Shown piece by piece: positions 1-13,903 of a DNA stretch of 64,000 nucleotides. The stretch is from contig JBHGNT010000002.1 of NCBI GenBank assembly GCA_043228905.1, forward strand, positions 558,001-622,000, read 5' to 3'. The notes below the pieces were generated by a model. It was not told where the DNA came from and ran no database searches. It saw only the letters and a list, made by a program, of their open reading frames with translations. The translations under genes and the position numbers were made by a program. Every line of letters starts with the position of its first letter. The stretch's first letter is position 1. This stretch comes from Azolla caroliniana (Eukaryota > Plantae > Polypodiophyta).

Positions 1-2039
1 TGATGATATTGATGCAAGAAATGATGTATTTTTTTACAAATACACAAGTAATGTGCATGATCTCAAACTAAAATCCTGAATACTAAAATTATGAATGCAA
101 CATGTTCCAAACTAAAATGATACGTTTCTTTACAAATGCCACACCATTGAACTCATTGCTTGAGACTTGGAATACTGCCCAAAGCAGAAGCTTTGCCATT
201 GGACCGTCGTGTTTGTATATACATATTTCAATCATACAACCTTGCATATCTATATACAATCATTCGTGGAAACATTTTTTATGATGAATAAAGGCAATCA
301 TTAAATGTTTGTGCTTTAATCTGTACATATGTTTGAGAATCAACCAAATTACCTTTCGATGCGTAATATAATACAAGGTCACCCAAAAATACTACAAAAA
401 CAAGGAGTTGAACACATGCACACATATAATACCCTTTTACTTTCATAAATGTTTATATTGGACAAGTTCAAAAGCTTTGTAGGTCACTGTTACTAATGTT
501 TCGTAAGGCCATTCTCATAAGTATTGGATGTATGGCTTTGTAAAGAAATGCGATGCTTGCTTTGGCAACAAATTTTTGATCGTGACTTATAATGGGTTCT
601 TATTCCTTACATGATATGATGGCAAGTGATTTTGTGCATTGTTGGTAGACGCTTTTGCAAGTAGCATCCTATTAAAGGTGAGCTCGCAATGAGGGGAATA
701 TAAGGCTCAGAAAAGAGACGTATTACTTAGACAACAATGCATGATGGTCATAGAACCTTAGGGTTCATTATATTGAAAGAGACATGGAGAGAAATTTTAG
801 GGGGAACATGGACTATTTTCATTTCTCCTCCTTGTTTTGTTCCTTGAACTTTGTGATTTCATCCTCTTGCTAATGCATAACTTCAAATGAGTCTTTAGTT
901 GAGTTGTATCGAGGCTAGCAAAGGAGTGGATGGGCATAATAAATATACCCACGTGATTGTTTATAAATATGTTGCATGTGCATGCATGGCTAGGGGGTTA
1001 ATAGAGGTCAAATGGTGTCCAATCATACATGGTCACCATCTATTTTCATTATCCCCCAAGTAAAGTGGTTACAATTAGCATTCAACAATAATGGATGTGA
1101 TCCTTCATAAATGGGACATTCTAAATACGAAGCAAATTATACCATTCACATCATGTTGATGGACAAGGAAAGGATGGCCGACAATAGCAAGTTGCATAGC
1201 ATATCTATTCAACTCGATGCATTGGCATGTGAGATTTTTGACAAGATAGGATATTTCTCGCAATAAGATATCCAATTCGTCATCATTTGGTCAATGCGAT
1301 CATAATGTGTTGACATAAGTCAGAGATGACCAACAATGACACTATTGTGATGAGACACAATAATTATTGTCATAACATGCCAACACAACGCTGACGATGT
1401 ACCCACACGTGATTAAAAACCTTGAAATGAACATCGTCATCCGTTAGAACAACGACATACTTACATGCCTTATTATCCTCCATCTCATTTAGAGAATCAA
1501 CAAAAGGACCCTACATGGATTGATTCTCAGTTGTAAATAGAGAACTCAAACAACTATCGCGTAGATTATTTGTATGAGTAGCAAGCATTCATTTCATTAA
1601 AATGCTCATCATAAGGGACTACAATAACACTTGGTGAAAGCAAAGTTACAAATAAATTCAACAAAAGATATACGTAGATATCATCTTATCTCTTGGAAGA
1701 GCAAGACTCGATGTCCCTTTAATGAGATGGTGTTCTACGTGTCGCTCTCATATATAAAGTGGAGTTTTAGAAGGCAAATTATAACGATGTTCCAGGTAAA
1801 GGTAAATCGATAGATTGATCTCAACACTCGAAAGAAGAAAATACTAAATATCATATTTTCCCAAAAAAACTTGTGAACACCCACCCCTCATTTTGTCATT
1901 TTTTTTCCCCAAACGAGCTCTAGAAGGTAGATTAAATCGAATCATCTGCTATATAACGAATGCCACGCATGTGTGTGTTCATTCCAACCCTAACAAGCTG
2001 CGAAAGAGTGAGAATAAATCCACCCCCTCTTTCTTGACT

Positions 2040-2510
2040 AGGGTTATTTGGAACGTGTAGTGTAGTGTAGTGTAGTATAATGTAGTGTATGCACAAATTA
2101 CAATAGTGGTGGTGGCAGCAACGAAACGATCCAAAGTATGTACGTACGTACGTATGTACATGTAACATATGTATGTAGATACTACATATATTAATTACGG
2201 TCTAAGAGAGTGAAAGAGCTCATCATCGTACGTACGTATGCGAAACAGAGAGAGAGAGAGAGAGAGAGAGTGAAACTGTGAATGCCACATGTCGTTCTCC
2301 CCCCCCCCCCCGCCCCCCCCAACTACATATGTACGTATACACATTACATACCTTTAATACATACATACATACATACATACATACATAATACCCTTCCCCT
2401 TCCTCTTCCTCTTCCTCTTGGTTCGGCGGCGGTGGTCGGCGACGCAAATCCTCTTCCTCTTCCTCCAATCCAGTCCAGTCCAGTCCAGTCCAATCCAATC
2501 CAATCCAATC
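2040..2510. repeat. Microsatellite cluster in the promoter/5' leader of the PP2C-kinase gene: (GTGTA)n, (GTAC)n, (GA)n, poly-C, (CATA)n, (CTTCCT)n, (CCAGT)n/(CCAAT)n
   Basis: Simple repeats are directly visible; they explain the low-complexity ORFs in the track here. Confidence 0.9.
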
Positions 2511-2603
2511 CGAGCAACTCGAATTTTGTTGTGCAGAGTAAAGTGCGGGCAAATAGAAGAAGAAGAAGCTAACCACAGCAACGGCAATTTGGTGCCTGGT
2601 TCC

Positions 2604-5600
2604 ATGCCCCAGGCATGGCGGATGGAGCGATGGAGGCGGAGGTTTCTTGTGCTCACGTTAACGATGTGGTTGTGTTCAGAAGCAGGGGGAAGGTGGGATG
2701 AGATGGAGGCGGTGGGAGTGGGAGTGGGAGTGGGAGTGGGAGAGGAAGAGGAACGCTGGATGGGAGGGTTGGGGAGTTGTGCAGTTTCTCAACACCAGGG
2801 TCGCCGTGCTCACCAAGAGGATCGGCTGATTTGCATGCCACACCTGCTCCTGCCTGCCCTTCCCGGTGAGTCACATCGCCCACTCATTTCTCATGTCAGG
2901 CTATATATATAGCTAACTGCCCATGTAATGACTATCTATCACTAGCTAGATCAGCTAAATTACCTTACCTTACTTACATTATCTTATATATGCATACATA
3001 TCTATATGTAGTGAGGGAGAAAGAAAGATATATAAGCCTCTTTTAAGAAACCAGAACACCACTGTTAACCAGAGCGTCCTGGGTGTTTTGGATATGTCGA
3101 ACAATGTTATCCATGATCTGGCATTGATATTGCTCACATGCCTTTTAACCAGAGATAGATAGATTTCATTATCATCCTTAAAGAGTTATAATATGATCTA
3201 CGGGACCAAAACGAAACATTTCTTGTCAATGTTTTTATGGGCATGCTTAATTTTCTCGTTTCTTAAAAGTTTGCATACAAACGGTAGCCTATACCCCAAA
3301 AAACTAGATGCAATAATGCTCATCCTGCTGTACTTAGCTGGTAGAAATCCTCAACTTATACCCACGGTACCAAACTTTGTTTTTCTTTAAAATTCCCGAG
3401 CTTGCAATAGCATTTTGCCTGTCCGATGCATCTATACCTGAAAATACTTTAAGCATGACAGTGCTCATGCTGCTTTTACTAGCTCGTATGAATTATGAAG
3501 CCTATCAATGAGGACCATATCAATTTAAACGTCAAGTTTCTTTGTAACTGGTGAGAATATGTTTCTTGCATGTCCTAGCCTACTAGATAGGGGTAAACTG
3601 ATATGGTTGTTTCCCTTGATCTCCAGATGGTTGCATTGATCATGGTGTTCGTGTGGGTTTGTTTGGAGTTTTTGATGGCCATAACGGTGCTGAAGCTAGT
3701 GAATTCACATCGTTCTACTTGCCTCATCTGCTTCGTTATCATGTATGGTCTATCATAACGCTAGAGATGGACTGCAACCAGGATGCTATTTGTAATAAAA
3801 GGGGCTTACTTGATTTAGCACAACCTTATAATGACAGATTTGAGAAAAGCATGAAAGAATATACAGCTTTAATCAACGAAAGGAAGCTCTACAACAAATG
3901 CATGCAATCTCAAGTTCCAGATTCTTCATATAGAGCAATTTTAAAGAAGGCTCTTTCAAGAGCTTTGTTTGATATAGACTCAGCTTTTGCAAGTGTGAGA
4001 AATTTTTATCTCTTTATTTAAGTTTTGCTTGCTTTTTGATAATTTTCTAACAGTTTAAAATCCTGTAGGGATTTGCAAAGGACTGGCAGAGTGGTTCTAC
4101 AGCAGTTATAGTGCTAATAGTAGGCAGGGAGTTGCTTGTTTCAAACATTGGAGATTCTAAAGCCTTTATTTGCTCATTGATTCAGACATCAGGTTTTACT
4201 TCAATTATGTCATTCAGAAGTCTGTCATTGGTGTATGAACTCAGATGTGGTATCACATTCATTTTTAGGTTTTATATGGTCTTGAGGGTTGCACTGGACA
4301 AAACTGGTTTTATTGCAGGTGATAGAAAAGGTTTATCAGAAGAGAGCATAAGTGAAACTTCTTGTGCTTCAACTTCAGTATTAGTTAAGGAGCTGACTAG
4401 TGATCATCATCCAGATAGATTAGACGAAAAAAGCAGAATAGAAGCGGCTGGTGGTTTTGTGTCAACATGGAATGGAGTTGCAAGGGTAAATGGTCTGCTA
4501 GCAGTTTCTAGAGCCATTGGAGATAGTGCGTTTAAAAGGTTAGATTAATAGTAAACCTTCCTCAGTCTGAGTCTTTTTTGTATTTAGAGTTGAAGATAAA
4601 TGTTATTGGTCGAGTCTGTCCATGTGATGTTATTAAAGGGGAAAGGTGTAAAACGTATTCATGCAAGCAAGGTACGGGCCAATACGAAAAGTTTTCACTG
4701 TTATGAGTTGGTACTGCATAGTAGTCACATGGTTTGATTTCACCTGTTTTATTTTTTGTAGACTTGGAGTCATTGCCGAGCCCGAGTTTTCTGAATGGAT
4801 ACATTTAACTGTAGAACACTCTTATTTAGTCATCACTTCTGATGGAATATTTGAGCGGATGAAGCTACAAGATGTTTGCAGTCTTTTTCATGAAAATGTT
4901 TTCTTAAACTTGACAAGGGATGGAGAAAAACTGGGTTCACAGATACTTGCTGATGCAATTGTGGATTCAGCTTTGAAGAGTGGAAGCTTTGACAACTTGG
5001 CTGCACTCGTTTACCCACTTGAATTTTCAGGTAAGTGATATTGTATTTCATATGGTACTGAAACAAAGATTGTTTTCCTTGACCATGTACCGTCATTTGT
5101 GGTAAATTTCTAGTGCCTGAATTTTATTGGACCCTACAATTCACCTTATTTCATCTTTTTATTTGCAACAATGAAAGTATTCTAATTAGATATTTGCAAA
5201 CATCAAGTGAATTCTGTCCTTGCATCATCCCTCGTGTTATGTAGAATATCTGTATCCCACCTGGTTCGAATGATGCATTGATTTGGACAAAAAACACTAG
5301 TAACTACAGACATGCCACATCAATTAACATCATTTACTAGGAAACAAAGAATATTCTATGCCACTACAGATGCGGCACATCAATGAACAGCTTTTACTAG
5401 GAAACAAAGAATATTCTAAGCCACTACAGACGCGCCACATAAACGAACAGCTTTTACTAGGAAACAAAGAATATTCTAAGCCAGTTGGTTTACTTTTCCA
5501 GATGGAACGACGAGCTTGTCAAACTATTCTGAGATTTTAAATGTTATCCCGAATTTCAATGCAAGCATTGAAGATCCTGAGTATGCTGAAGTAGTATGTT

Positions 5601-8600
5601 TCTATTATGATTACAGGATGTAGTTAATGCTACGATTGTAATCATACCTTTTTCTGAGTCCATATTATGATTTCAGCTTCCTGCGCAGGAAGAAGAGTTA
5701 TGCTACGAGTTTATTGAACGGGCCAAAAGTGGAATTATACTACCATTGCAAATTTCTAGGGGTTCTCCGTCAACTATCTTTGTCAGTGCAGTTGAAGACA
5801 AGAGTGTGGATATTAAGACACCAGTTATGATCGAAAATTTAAATCTCCCTTACATACAGAAGCCAGGTATACCTGTGAGCAGGTCATTCTAAAGTTTGTA
5901 AAAATGTGCCATTTAAGATGAATGAATGTTAAAACTGTGTTTTTAAAAGTATGAGACTTTTGAAAATCTATCAGGCACATAATAAAGAATGCAAAATGTG
6001 TATAAATTAAACATAGATGTGCCGCTTGGGGTTTCTTGAGAGCATTCATTCTGAAAGTTTATTTTTGTTATGCATTTGTAGGAACCGTAGGAATACTGCA
6101 GACATACCAAGCACCCCTTGTCTGTTTACAGCGTCCTGTGATTTCACAACCAGAGGAGGTTTGCTTGAATCAAGACATGTTTTCTGAATACTTGAGACTG
6201 ATCAAAGCTTTGCCTCTGACTGATGGTAATTTCACAAAAGGAGCACGTTGGAATATGGGAAGTGGAACGGATCCAACCACAACTGATGGATATATGTCAA
6301 TGCATGAAAGGTGCAGATTGTAATATTCAATTAGTTTAACATATATTGAAAATATTGTTGAATGAGGTATGTGGTCTTTCTCCTTATGGAATCTCTCGTG
6401 CTATATCTGAGAGATGCACAAATTCCATCAGGGTTGATTGATGACTGAGATACTGTAGTTGTAGTATTTGTATAGACCTACTTGTGTACAATGATGAGAT
6501 TAGATGACTGGTAATTTTGATGGAGTTGATATACAGCCCCCTCTTTGTCTTAAAAGAACAAAAGAAAGAGATTGTGAATAGGCTCTAACAAAGGATTGAA
6601 TTTCTCTATACAGTCCACATGGATGCAGTAACTTTGGTTTCATTGGTCACTCTGGGTGTTTGAAGATGTCAATATAACATTTCATTCTTTTCATTTTGCA
6701 TCCTCATCTAAGTCATGTGTAGTCCTTCATTGACTTCAATAATATGTGTTCTTTGTTTCTCTCTCCCAGTCTGCATCCATCCCTGAGTTTGTTGCTTCAA
6801 GTAGAAATGTCCGGTTTTTTGTAAGGTCCGATCTGCCAAGTAGGTGCTTCTTTCGTAAGAAATGGTCAACAGTGCTAAATTTTGGGAGGATCTCTCAGAA
6901 GTTTCTCCTCTTGAAGCACATCAAAACTTGCTAGATGTGATAATTTAAGGTATTGACTTAGGAGCTAAAAGGTTTTGTGCCCACAAAACTGGTAAGATTA
7001 AGTTAGCGAGTAAAGTCAATCTAATTTTACTGCAATGCTTTTATGGGTAAGGATGCCTCTTTATGTGGTAGGTATATATTGACAAAAAATATTGGCCGGG
7101 GAGGTTTTGGAGAAATCTGGTTTGCAATATCAAAGCATTGTTCCAATGATGTAAATAAGGACGATGATCCACACCTACAGGTGTCAGTAGATGGGAATTT
7201 GAAATCTCAGCAACCCAAAGGTAAATCCATGGTTCGCACTCCAGCAAGCTGGTTTGGAACAGAGAAGAGGACTGGTGCTGATTCCACTCAAAATCTTTTT
7301 GTATTAAAAAGACTGCTGGTATGTAATATGAATGATTGAATTATTGTATAATTTATTACGCGATTATTTGGGATGGCTGATTTGATATTCTGAACAGGTA
7401 GAAAAAGGAAACTCTGTTTACCTGAGTGGGCTTCGTGAAAAATATTTTGGTGAAATTTTCTTGAATGCAAGAAATCTTATAAATGAGAAGACCATGCAAC
7501 AACATCATAAAAAAGATCAACAGGAGATGGAAGATGGATTAAACCACATAGCACGATATGTTGAAAGCTTTCAAGTAAACATGGAAAGGGATTTGTGGCT
7601 GATATTCTATAATGAGGGTTACTCTCTGTCAAGCATGCTTTATTCAGTAGGTTCAACAATTGATGAGGTTGATGGCAGAGGATACATACGAGTCTTGGAA
7701 CCATCAAGTTGGTGGAAATGGCTTAAAACAACAGAGGAGGGGCGAAGGGAAATGCGTTCTCTTATCCATCAGCTGGTTAATTCCTCTCGTACTGAGTAGT
7801 GTGCAATGCAAATTTCTGAAGATATAACTATTCTATTAATGAGCTGTCGATTGCATTTATTTAGATTGGACATCTGATGAATGGAGTTTAATCTGATCTT
7901 TACTTTGTTGTAAAATTATGAAGCTGTTAGCAGTACGAGCATGTCACAACCGTAACATAACCCATCGGGACATCAAACCTGGTAATTCCTGTGCATTCAG
8001 TGATATCTTTTAATATGCTTTATTTTATGAGAAACAAGTTTTCGCAACTAAAACCAGCTTATTGAAGAATTCAAGTTCCAAGTATTAAACAACATAGGAA
8101 CCAATCGAATTAACTTATCATAGAATTTAAATCCTTAGTATGAAATGTTAGATTGACCAACCATAACATGAAACAAATGGCTTGGCTAGTTATAATGTTG
8201 CGCTGATTATACAATCAAAGACTCCAAAGGTGTAAAACATACAAGAGTGTGGGCATCATACAAAGAGGGTGGGTATAAATTGAAGAAGGTTGGTCTATAG
8301 ACTATAACACCATGGATACAAGAACTTGAGCGTGTGAAGAAAGTGGAAGTTTCCATATGCACAAGAAAAACCCTCTTCATGCTGTCTGAGTTTCCCTAGA
8401 ACTGGTCCCATCTGACTTTTGAGGGTATGGATAGTCTGTATGGATATGCAAGTGATTGCTGTCCAATAGATTTCATTTCTATTTACAGATATCTGCATCT
8501 CAGGTGCAACATGCTTGGATGCTTCCAAGAATAATTTGTGCTCTAGTGAGAAACATTCATGGAAAGATTGGTTACAAGCACAAACATCCTAATTTGATAG

Positions 8601-11600
8601 TTCAAAATTGCTGATTCTCTTATAATGGTAGTATTTTTGTACTTGGTTTTGACTATTATTTCATTTAGTCTCAAAAATATTTGATACACTTGCATTTCAG
8701 AGAACATGATGATTCAAGCAAGAAGCAGATGTTCATCTGGGGAGTTTGGTCAAGTTCATATGGAATTCCCGTGTAATTTGAGCATGTATGTTCTAGATTC
8801 GTGCTTAAATATTGCATATTGTATTTGGACAAAATTGTGATGCATTGCAAGTTTGCTTCGTGTCTAGTGGGTGTATAGTTGACACCTAGTTGTATAGATA
8901 GATCAATGATGGGTGTCAAAGTTTTAGGAGTTATGTGTGGGAAGTTGTGGAAATGAGCGATAGCAAATGATGTGGGTCGTCTGTTGACTGATAAGTGTCC
9001 GCCCATGTTTCCGATATTGCTGATGCTTGCCAATGATTGCCATGGTCACTCCATCTCATTTGCAGGCATGTGTATTACAATAATTGTTTTCTCTATAATG
9101 TCTAGGAAAATATGCAATGAAGAGAATTCGAAATATTTGCAGGCGTATCATAGATTTTGGAAGTGCCGTTGATTTGTATTCACTTCAAAATTTGTATGGC
9201 CCTTATGGACCCACTAGGTATGCATGTAAGTTCAAAGATGTTATTTTGAGCGAGTCGGTAATTTACAAGGATTTAATTATAATCTCATAATTAGAAATAT
9301 TGATGGCGAAAAGACACTTATTTGGGCAGAGCTGAACAAACTGAAGAATATACTCCACCTGAATCCTTTTTACAGAGAAATTGGTTATCACCTCATGGAA
9401 AATATGTTAACAGGTAAAATCCTATTCCATTTGGCAGAGTATGAAGTGATATTATGCTAAACTTATTTTGATTGTACAAAAACGAACCAAATCCATGTAT
9501 ACTCCTGATCATATTAGTTATATGCAAAAAATCTATAAACACAAAAACCTTATTATGAAGTTCAGGAACTAAACCAAAACATTTATAACCTACATCCATA
9601 AGCCAAAAAGTTGATGTGAAGTCCAGGAAATTTCTTAGGAGTTTTTTAAGTGGTTACATCCATCATTCATAATCAAAATAATATGAACAACCAAAAGAAT
9701 AAAAAAAGGTTATAAGTATGCTCTGAAGCAGCATTATGCATCTGCATACTGCAGTGTACTAATTAGATGGATTTGGTATGAATGACTTTGTAATGGTAGA
9801 TCACACAAAAAATGGGGCAATCACCTTTACATTTAGCAGAAACTCGGATTGATGTCACATAACTCTGTTCTATTGTGTTCGTAAATTGGCATCATTTTGT
9901 TCAGGTATGACATATGGAGCATTGGGGTGGTCATGTTGGAGCTTGTGCTTGGGACGCCTCATGTGTTTCAGGTATCTGATCGTACGAGGGCTTTGATTGA
10001 GCAACAGTTGGAAGGATGGGGGAGTTCAGCTTTAAATACTGCATATATGTAAGTATAACTTTTAGTCACCGCTTAATAGACCTTATTAATACTGCATATA
10101 TGAAAAAGGTGGGGATATATAGTGTGTTGACTAATTCAAGAAAATATATGAATGAAATCTCTTTGCAAACTTTCTAGTATCAAGATTATATTGTATGCAT
10201 GCATTTTGATGTATGCTATGTATTTCTGTATTTTTCAAAGAGGTTCATTTTTGTAATAACCTATGGAATGTGTTGCATATTTTTGTCTGAATTTTAGGCT
10301 TAGATCATTAATGGAAATGTGCATTCTTTATCCTGGAAACAACGAACACAATCGGCCTAACCCAAAATTGGTAAATGATCATTTGGTTTTCTCTTCTTAC
10401 ATTTTAAAATTGAATGTGTTGGTCCAATATGGTGTGTGATTGTTCTCATCCGGGTTCATCCAATATCCTTTGTGATACAGGAGAGTCTAGATTTAGCATC
10501 GTGGATGTGTACAGAAGAGAATCTAATGCAACAAATAAAAGAACGTGATCCGCTTGGCAGAGGGTGGGTGATTTCTGTGCTAATGGATTTTATATTTGTG
10601 AATATCATTAACATACATCTTTCTTTGTGATTATAATATATACTAAAATTAACATCAGAAATAAATATTGAATGTTTTGAGTTAACAAATGGATAACTCA
10701 AATGGATTGAAGCAATATTTGGCAGATGACATGCAGTACTTGAAACAGCTGAAAGTGGATTATATCTAGGTCTAGAAACCACACTCTAATTTTTTGTTGT
10801 TTTTTGTAGTCACACCTACCCTCTTGTACTGACCAGCAATATGGGGCCCAGTCTCACTAAAGGAGGGCAGTGAACACACACACATATTAGTGTACACATA
10901 TGTAGCCTAGAACTGTGCTTGAAGTTGTTTTGGATCTGGCGCCCGTCAAAGAATAATATATTGATTTGGGCAAAAATATTAGAATACACACCACAAAGTC
11001 ATGTCTGTTGTACTGTAAATGGTTGATTTAATTTTCTTTTCACACATGACGGAACAAGTTCAATGGTCAGTGCAAGTGTCATGTGCCCTCTGCACACTAA
11101 TAAGGCAGATAAAAATTTCATCAAATCAACTTGGGATTGAGAAATAGAGCATTGACGCATATAGTGATCCCATGGTAGCCTCTATGCTGTAAGCTATGTT
11201 ATACTGCACCTTAAGGGAATCTGGTTATATTACATTAATCATTATAAGGTTAGGGTGATTTATTAACATTTTTTATGTAGGCTGGAAGATGTATGGGCGC
11301 TTCGCCTTCTTCGTGAACTTTTACAGTGGTATCCTGTAAGTAATAGAAATGTATTACTGGATTGTTATACAACCACAAATTGATACATTATTAGACATTT
11401 CAAGATGATTTATAATCAATAAAGTCAGTAGTTTTTTGTAAGCATGCTATTTTCTGCTTTCTATCTTTGTGGGAACCGCAGGAGGATCGAATTAGTGCTG
11501 ATGATGCTTTGAAACACCCTTATTTTCACTCTCTCCAAGGTTATAAATTTTGTCTTCATATTTACGAAGGATTCTGTATGATTTATTATGGTTTTTTCTA

Positions 11601-11666
11601 AAAAGGTTAAAATAAAACAAAATAATATGCTTGTTTGCCACAGGGATGAATAAGCATACAATCTAA
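2604..11666 (+). CDS. Multi-exon protein with an N-terminal PP2C (PPM) phosphatase domain and a C-terminal Ser/Thr kinase domain (plant PP2C 51-like architecture)
   Basis: PP2C motifs occur in order across GT-AG exons: GRRAHQEDR (exon 1, ends 2865), FGVFDGHNG (exon from 3627), [34 protein letters not shown]. Kinase motifs follow: [10 protein letters not shown] (~7090), VLKR, HRDIKP|EN (~7960/8701), IIDFGSA (~9150), YTPPE (~9350), YDIWSIG (~9905), [13 protein letters not shown] (11482 on). Start is ATG 2604 or 2622. Stop is 11601 if unspliced or 11666 via a short last exon. Confidence 0.9.
5303..5483. repeat. Intronic 60-bp tandem repeat, about 3 copies
   Basis: Unit ACTACAGA..CACATCAATGAACAGCTTTTACTAGGAAACAAAGAATATTCTAAGCC recurs with a 60-bp period; it produces the repeated peptide in ORF 5358..5540. 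Confidence 0.9.
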
Positions 11667-12074
11667 ATTTCATCGGATGCTGGTATCTGGTGGCGATATG
11701 GAAAAATCATGAAGTGTGCAGAGTATTTGACTTCATCAATGATTATGGAATTTCTTAACAAGGGTAAAATTACAACGGTAATGTGCAGGTTCCTTTCAAT
11801 ATATTGAACCTTTTTTTTTTATATCAGGATTGTATAGATCTGCTTATCCCAGAAAAATAAAACCAAAGGGAGATTCAGCATAAAAAAATATAGCCATATT
11901 GAGAGTGAATAGGACCCAACAGAGATTCATGTGAAGGACATTAAAACAACGTCGGTTATTCCATTTCAATACAATACTATAGGCATTCCATCTCTTAAGT
12001 GATTTCATAAATTATCCCTATCATCCCCTCTGTTCCCTTGTGTTTACTACTAGCATTAGTTAAAACTGCTTAGT

Positions 12075-12255
12075 TTCTCATAAATCACCCGTATTATCTC
12101 GTCTGTATCTGCCATTATTACTTGAAATCTTGTTTAGGGCAAACTTCGTTGCTTCCCATAAATCACCCTATTATCTCGTCTGTATCTGCTAGTAACTATT
12201 ACGTGAAATCTTGTTTAGGGCAAACTTAGTTGCTTCTCATAAATCACCCTATTAT
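12075..12255. repeat. Tandem duplication, ~80-bp unit, about 2.3 copies
   Basis: CATAAATCACCC..TATTATCTCGTCTGTATCTGC..TGAAATCTTGTTTAGGGCAAACTT is repeated. Confidence 0.85.
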
Positions 12256-13903
12256 GTAACTCTTCTATCCCGTTGTAATTTTCAGTTGGAATTGTGTAGT
12301 GAAAACATCTTATAGCTTATTTTGGAGCTTATATTTTTCTGTGGCTTGAATCATAGTTCATCTTCTGTCGTTGTAAACATATCGTTCTAAAGGAAGAATT
12401 TCATTGCTCATATCTCTTCTATTTAGTATTATAGTTGTGCCTATTAAAATTAGGCGTTGTGGTTCACTGGAGTTTTACCTTTCTCCTGTTTCTATGAAAA
12501 TGGCTGCAATATTAATTAAAATTTATGCATTGTTGCAGTAAAACGAAAATCAAAGATTGATTCTCTTTCACCAAGCGTGCATATTGTTCCACTAATTTAG
12601 ATACATGCTTTCCATTATTTATAGAATGTCGTATTGGCATGTTTACTCTTCTCATGCATCCACATTCCAACAAAATGTGATAAAGTGCTAGAGAACATCC
12701 AATGGCTACTCTTGAGGTTATTGTTTGGCCTTATGCTTAACAAACTATGTGCATCCTAGTTATGGATATTACCTAGATCAAAGAGTCTTGATTTTGTATG
12801 ACAAAAATATATCTACTTTGGAATTGATCAAAGTGTGAAAGTGATGGTATTTGAACATATGTTGACACACATGGCAATATATAATGTTTACTTTGGTATT
12901 GATACTATAAGTTCTGTTGGAAAATCTGATTGTGTTGAAGATGCATTAGTAACTCACAAGTTGAATATATTTTACACTAGTAACATGAAAGGGTCTAAAT
13001 GCTAAATTTTTGTAAGAACCAATCATTGTGTTGCTCTCAAACATGCATTTCTAGACAAGCATCTTCATTTTTTTATTTTTTTGTAGAGTTGTGTGTTGTA
13101 AGCATAACCATAGTCATAGTTGTGGGCTAATTTTGTAAGGATGAAGGGTGAGGATTGAATTATCTCAATACTATGGTTGGAGATAACTTTAGAGTGTTTC
13201 ATCACTTGGTTACTTTATATTAAAAAAGCAATCAAGTGCGAAATACACACAAGGGCCTAAGGTTTGAGCCTATATAAGAGGGATAACTACCTTCATGAAG
13301 GGGCATGTCTTTTCTTTATTGTTTTGAGATAGAGACTCCTTTGTCAAACCCAAGGTATGATCAACCGATCACCCCCTAGCGAAGGTGAGAGACGGATCCA
13401 AGTTCCCTACTGGTGTGTCTATGGACATAGAGTCATAGTTATGCTCGAAACATATTGACAATACTTTGAAAGGTTCAACTCATGGTAGAAGTATGGTTAG
13501 AATGTGATCCTCCACACACAATGTCATATGGCATTCTAATTTGGACCTTCATAATTGTGTTTGGTCTATGCTTTCACATGTGCGCAAATAATGTGTATGG
13601 GTGTAAAATTGGTTTATAATGTATTACCTCAATGTTAATTTACCATTTATGTTCCGTGCATAATAAAGTCCCAACATGTTTTATTATTTACAATTGGTTC
13701 ATTCATTGAAAAGTGTACTCATAGGAAGATGTAATCAACTCATTCAATATAGCTCAACGCAAAAGGGATTAATAAGACACCATTACATAGATATGCTACT
13801 CATATTATTAACTGATAAAAGGCTTCCCAACTTTATTGCCTTTATTATGAGTTGAGAAGAGCTAGCAAGATGACAGTCCCAATAATATTCTAGAACTTTT
13901 GTT

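Noticed and set aside
1-1900. Short ORFs and possible TE remnants at the window start
   Set aside because: AT-rich sequence with no recognisable domain, termini or splice pattern.
1932-2656. Low-complexity ORFs
   Set aside because: They are translations of microsatellites.
5303-5483. Regularly spaced repeats as a CRISPR-like array (also 15847-16170 and 26310-26460)
   Set aside because: These are head-to-tail tandem units without unique spacers, there are no cas genes, and the context is a eukaryotic intron or LTR.
6730-6934. Exon-like GC-richer stretch in a PP2C-kinase intron
   Set aside because: The flanking exons appear to join in frame without it (..SMHER|YILTK..), and no family is recognisable on either strand.
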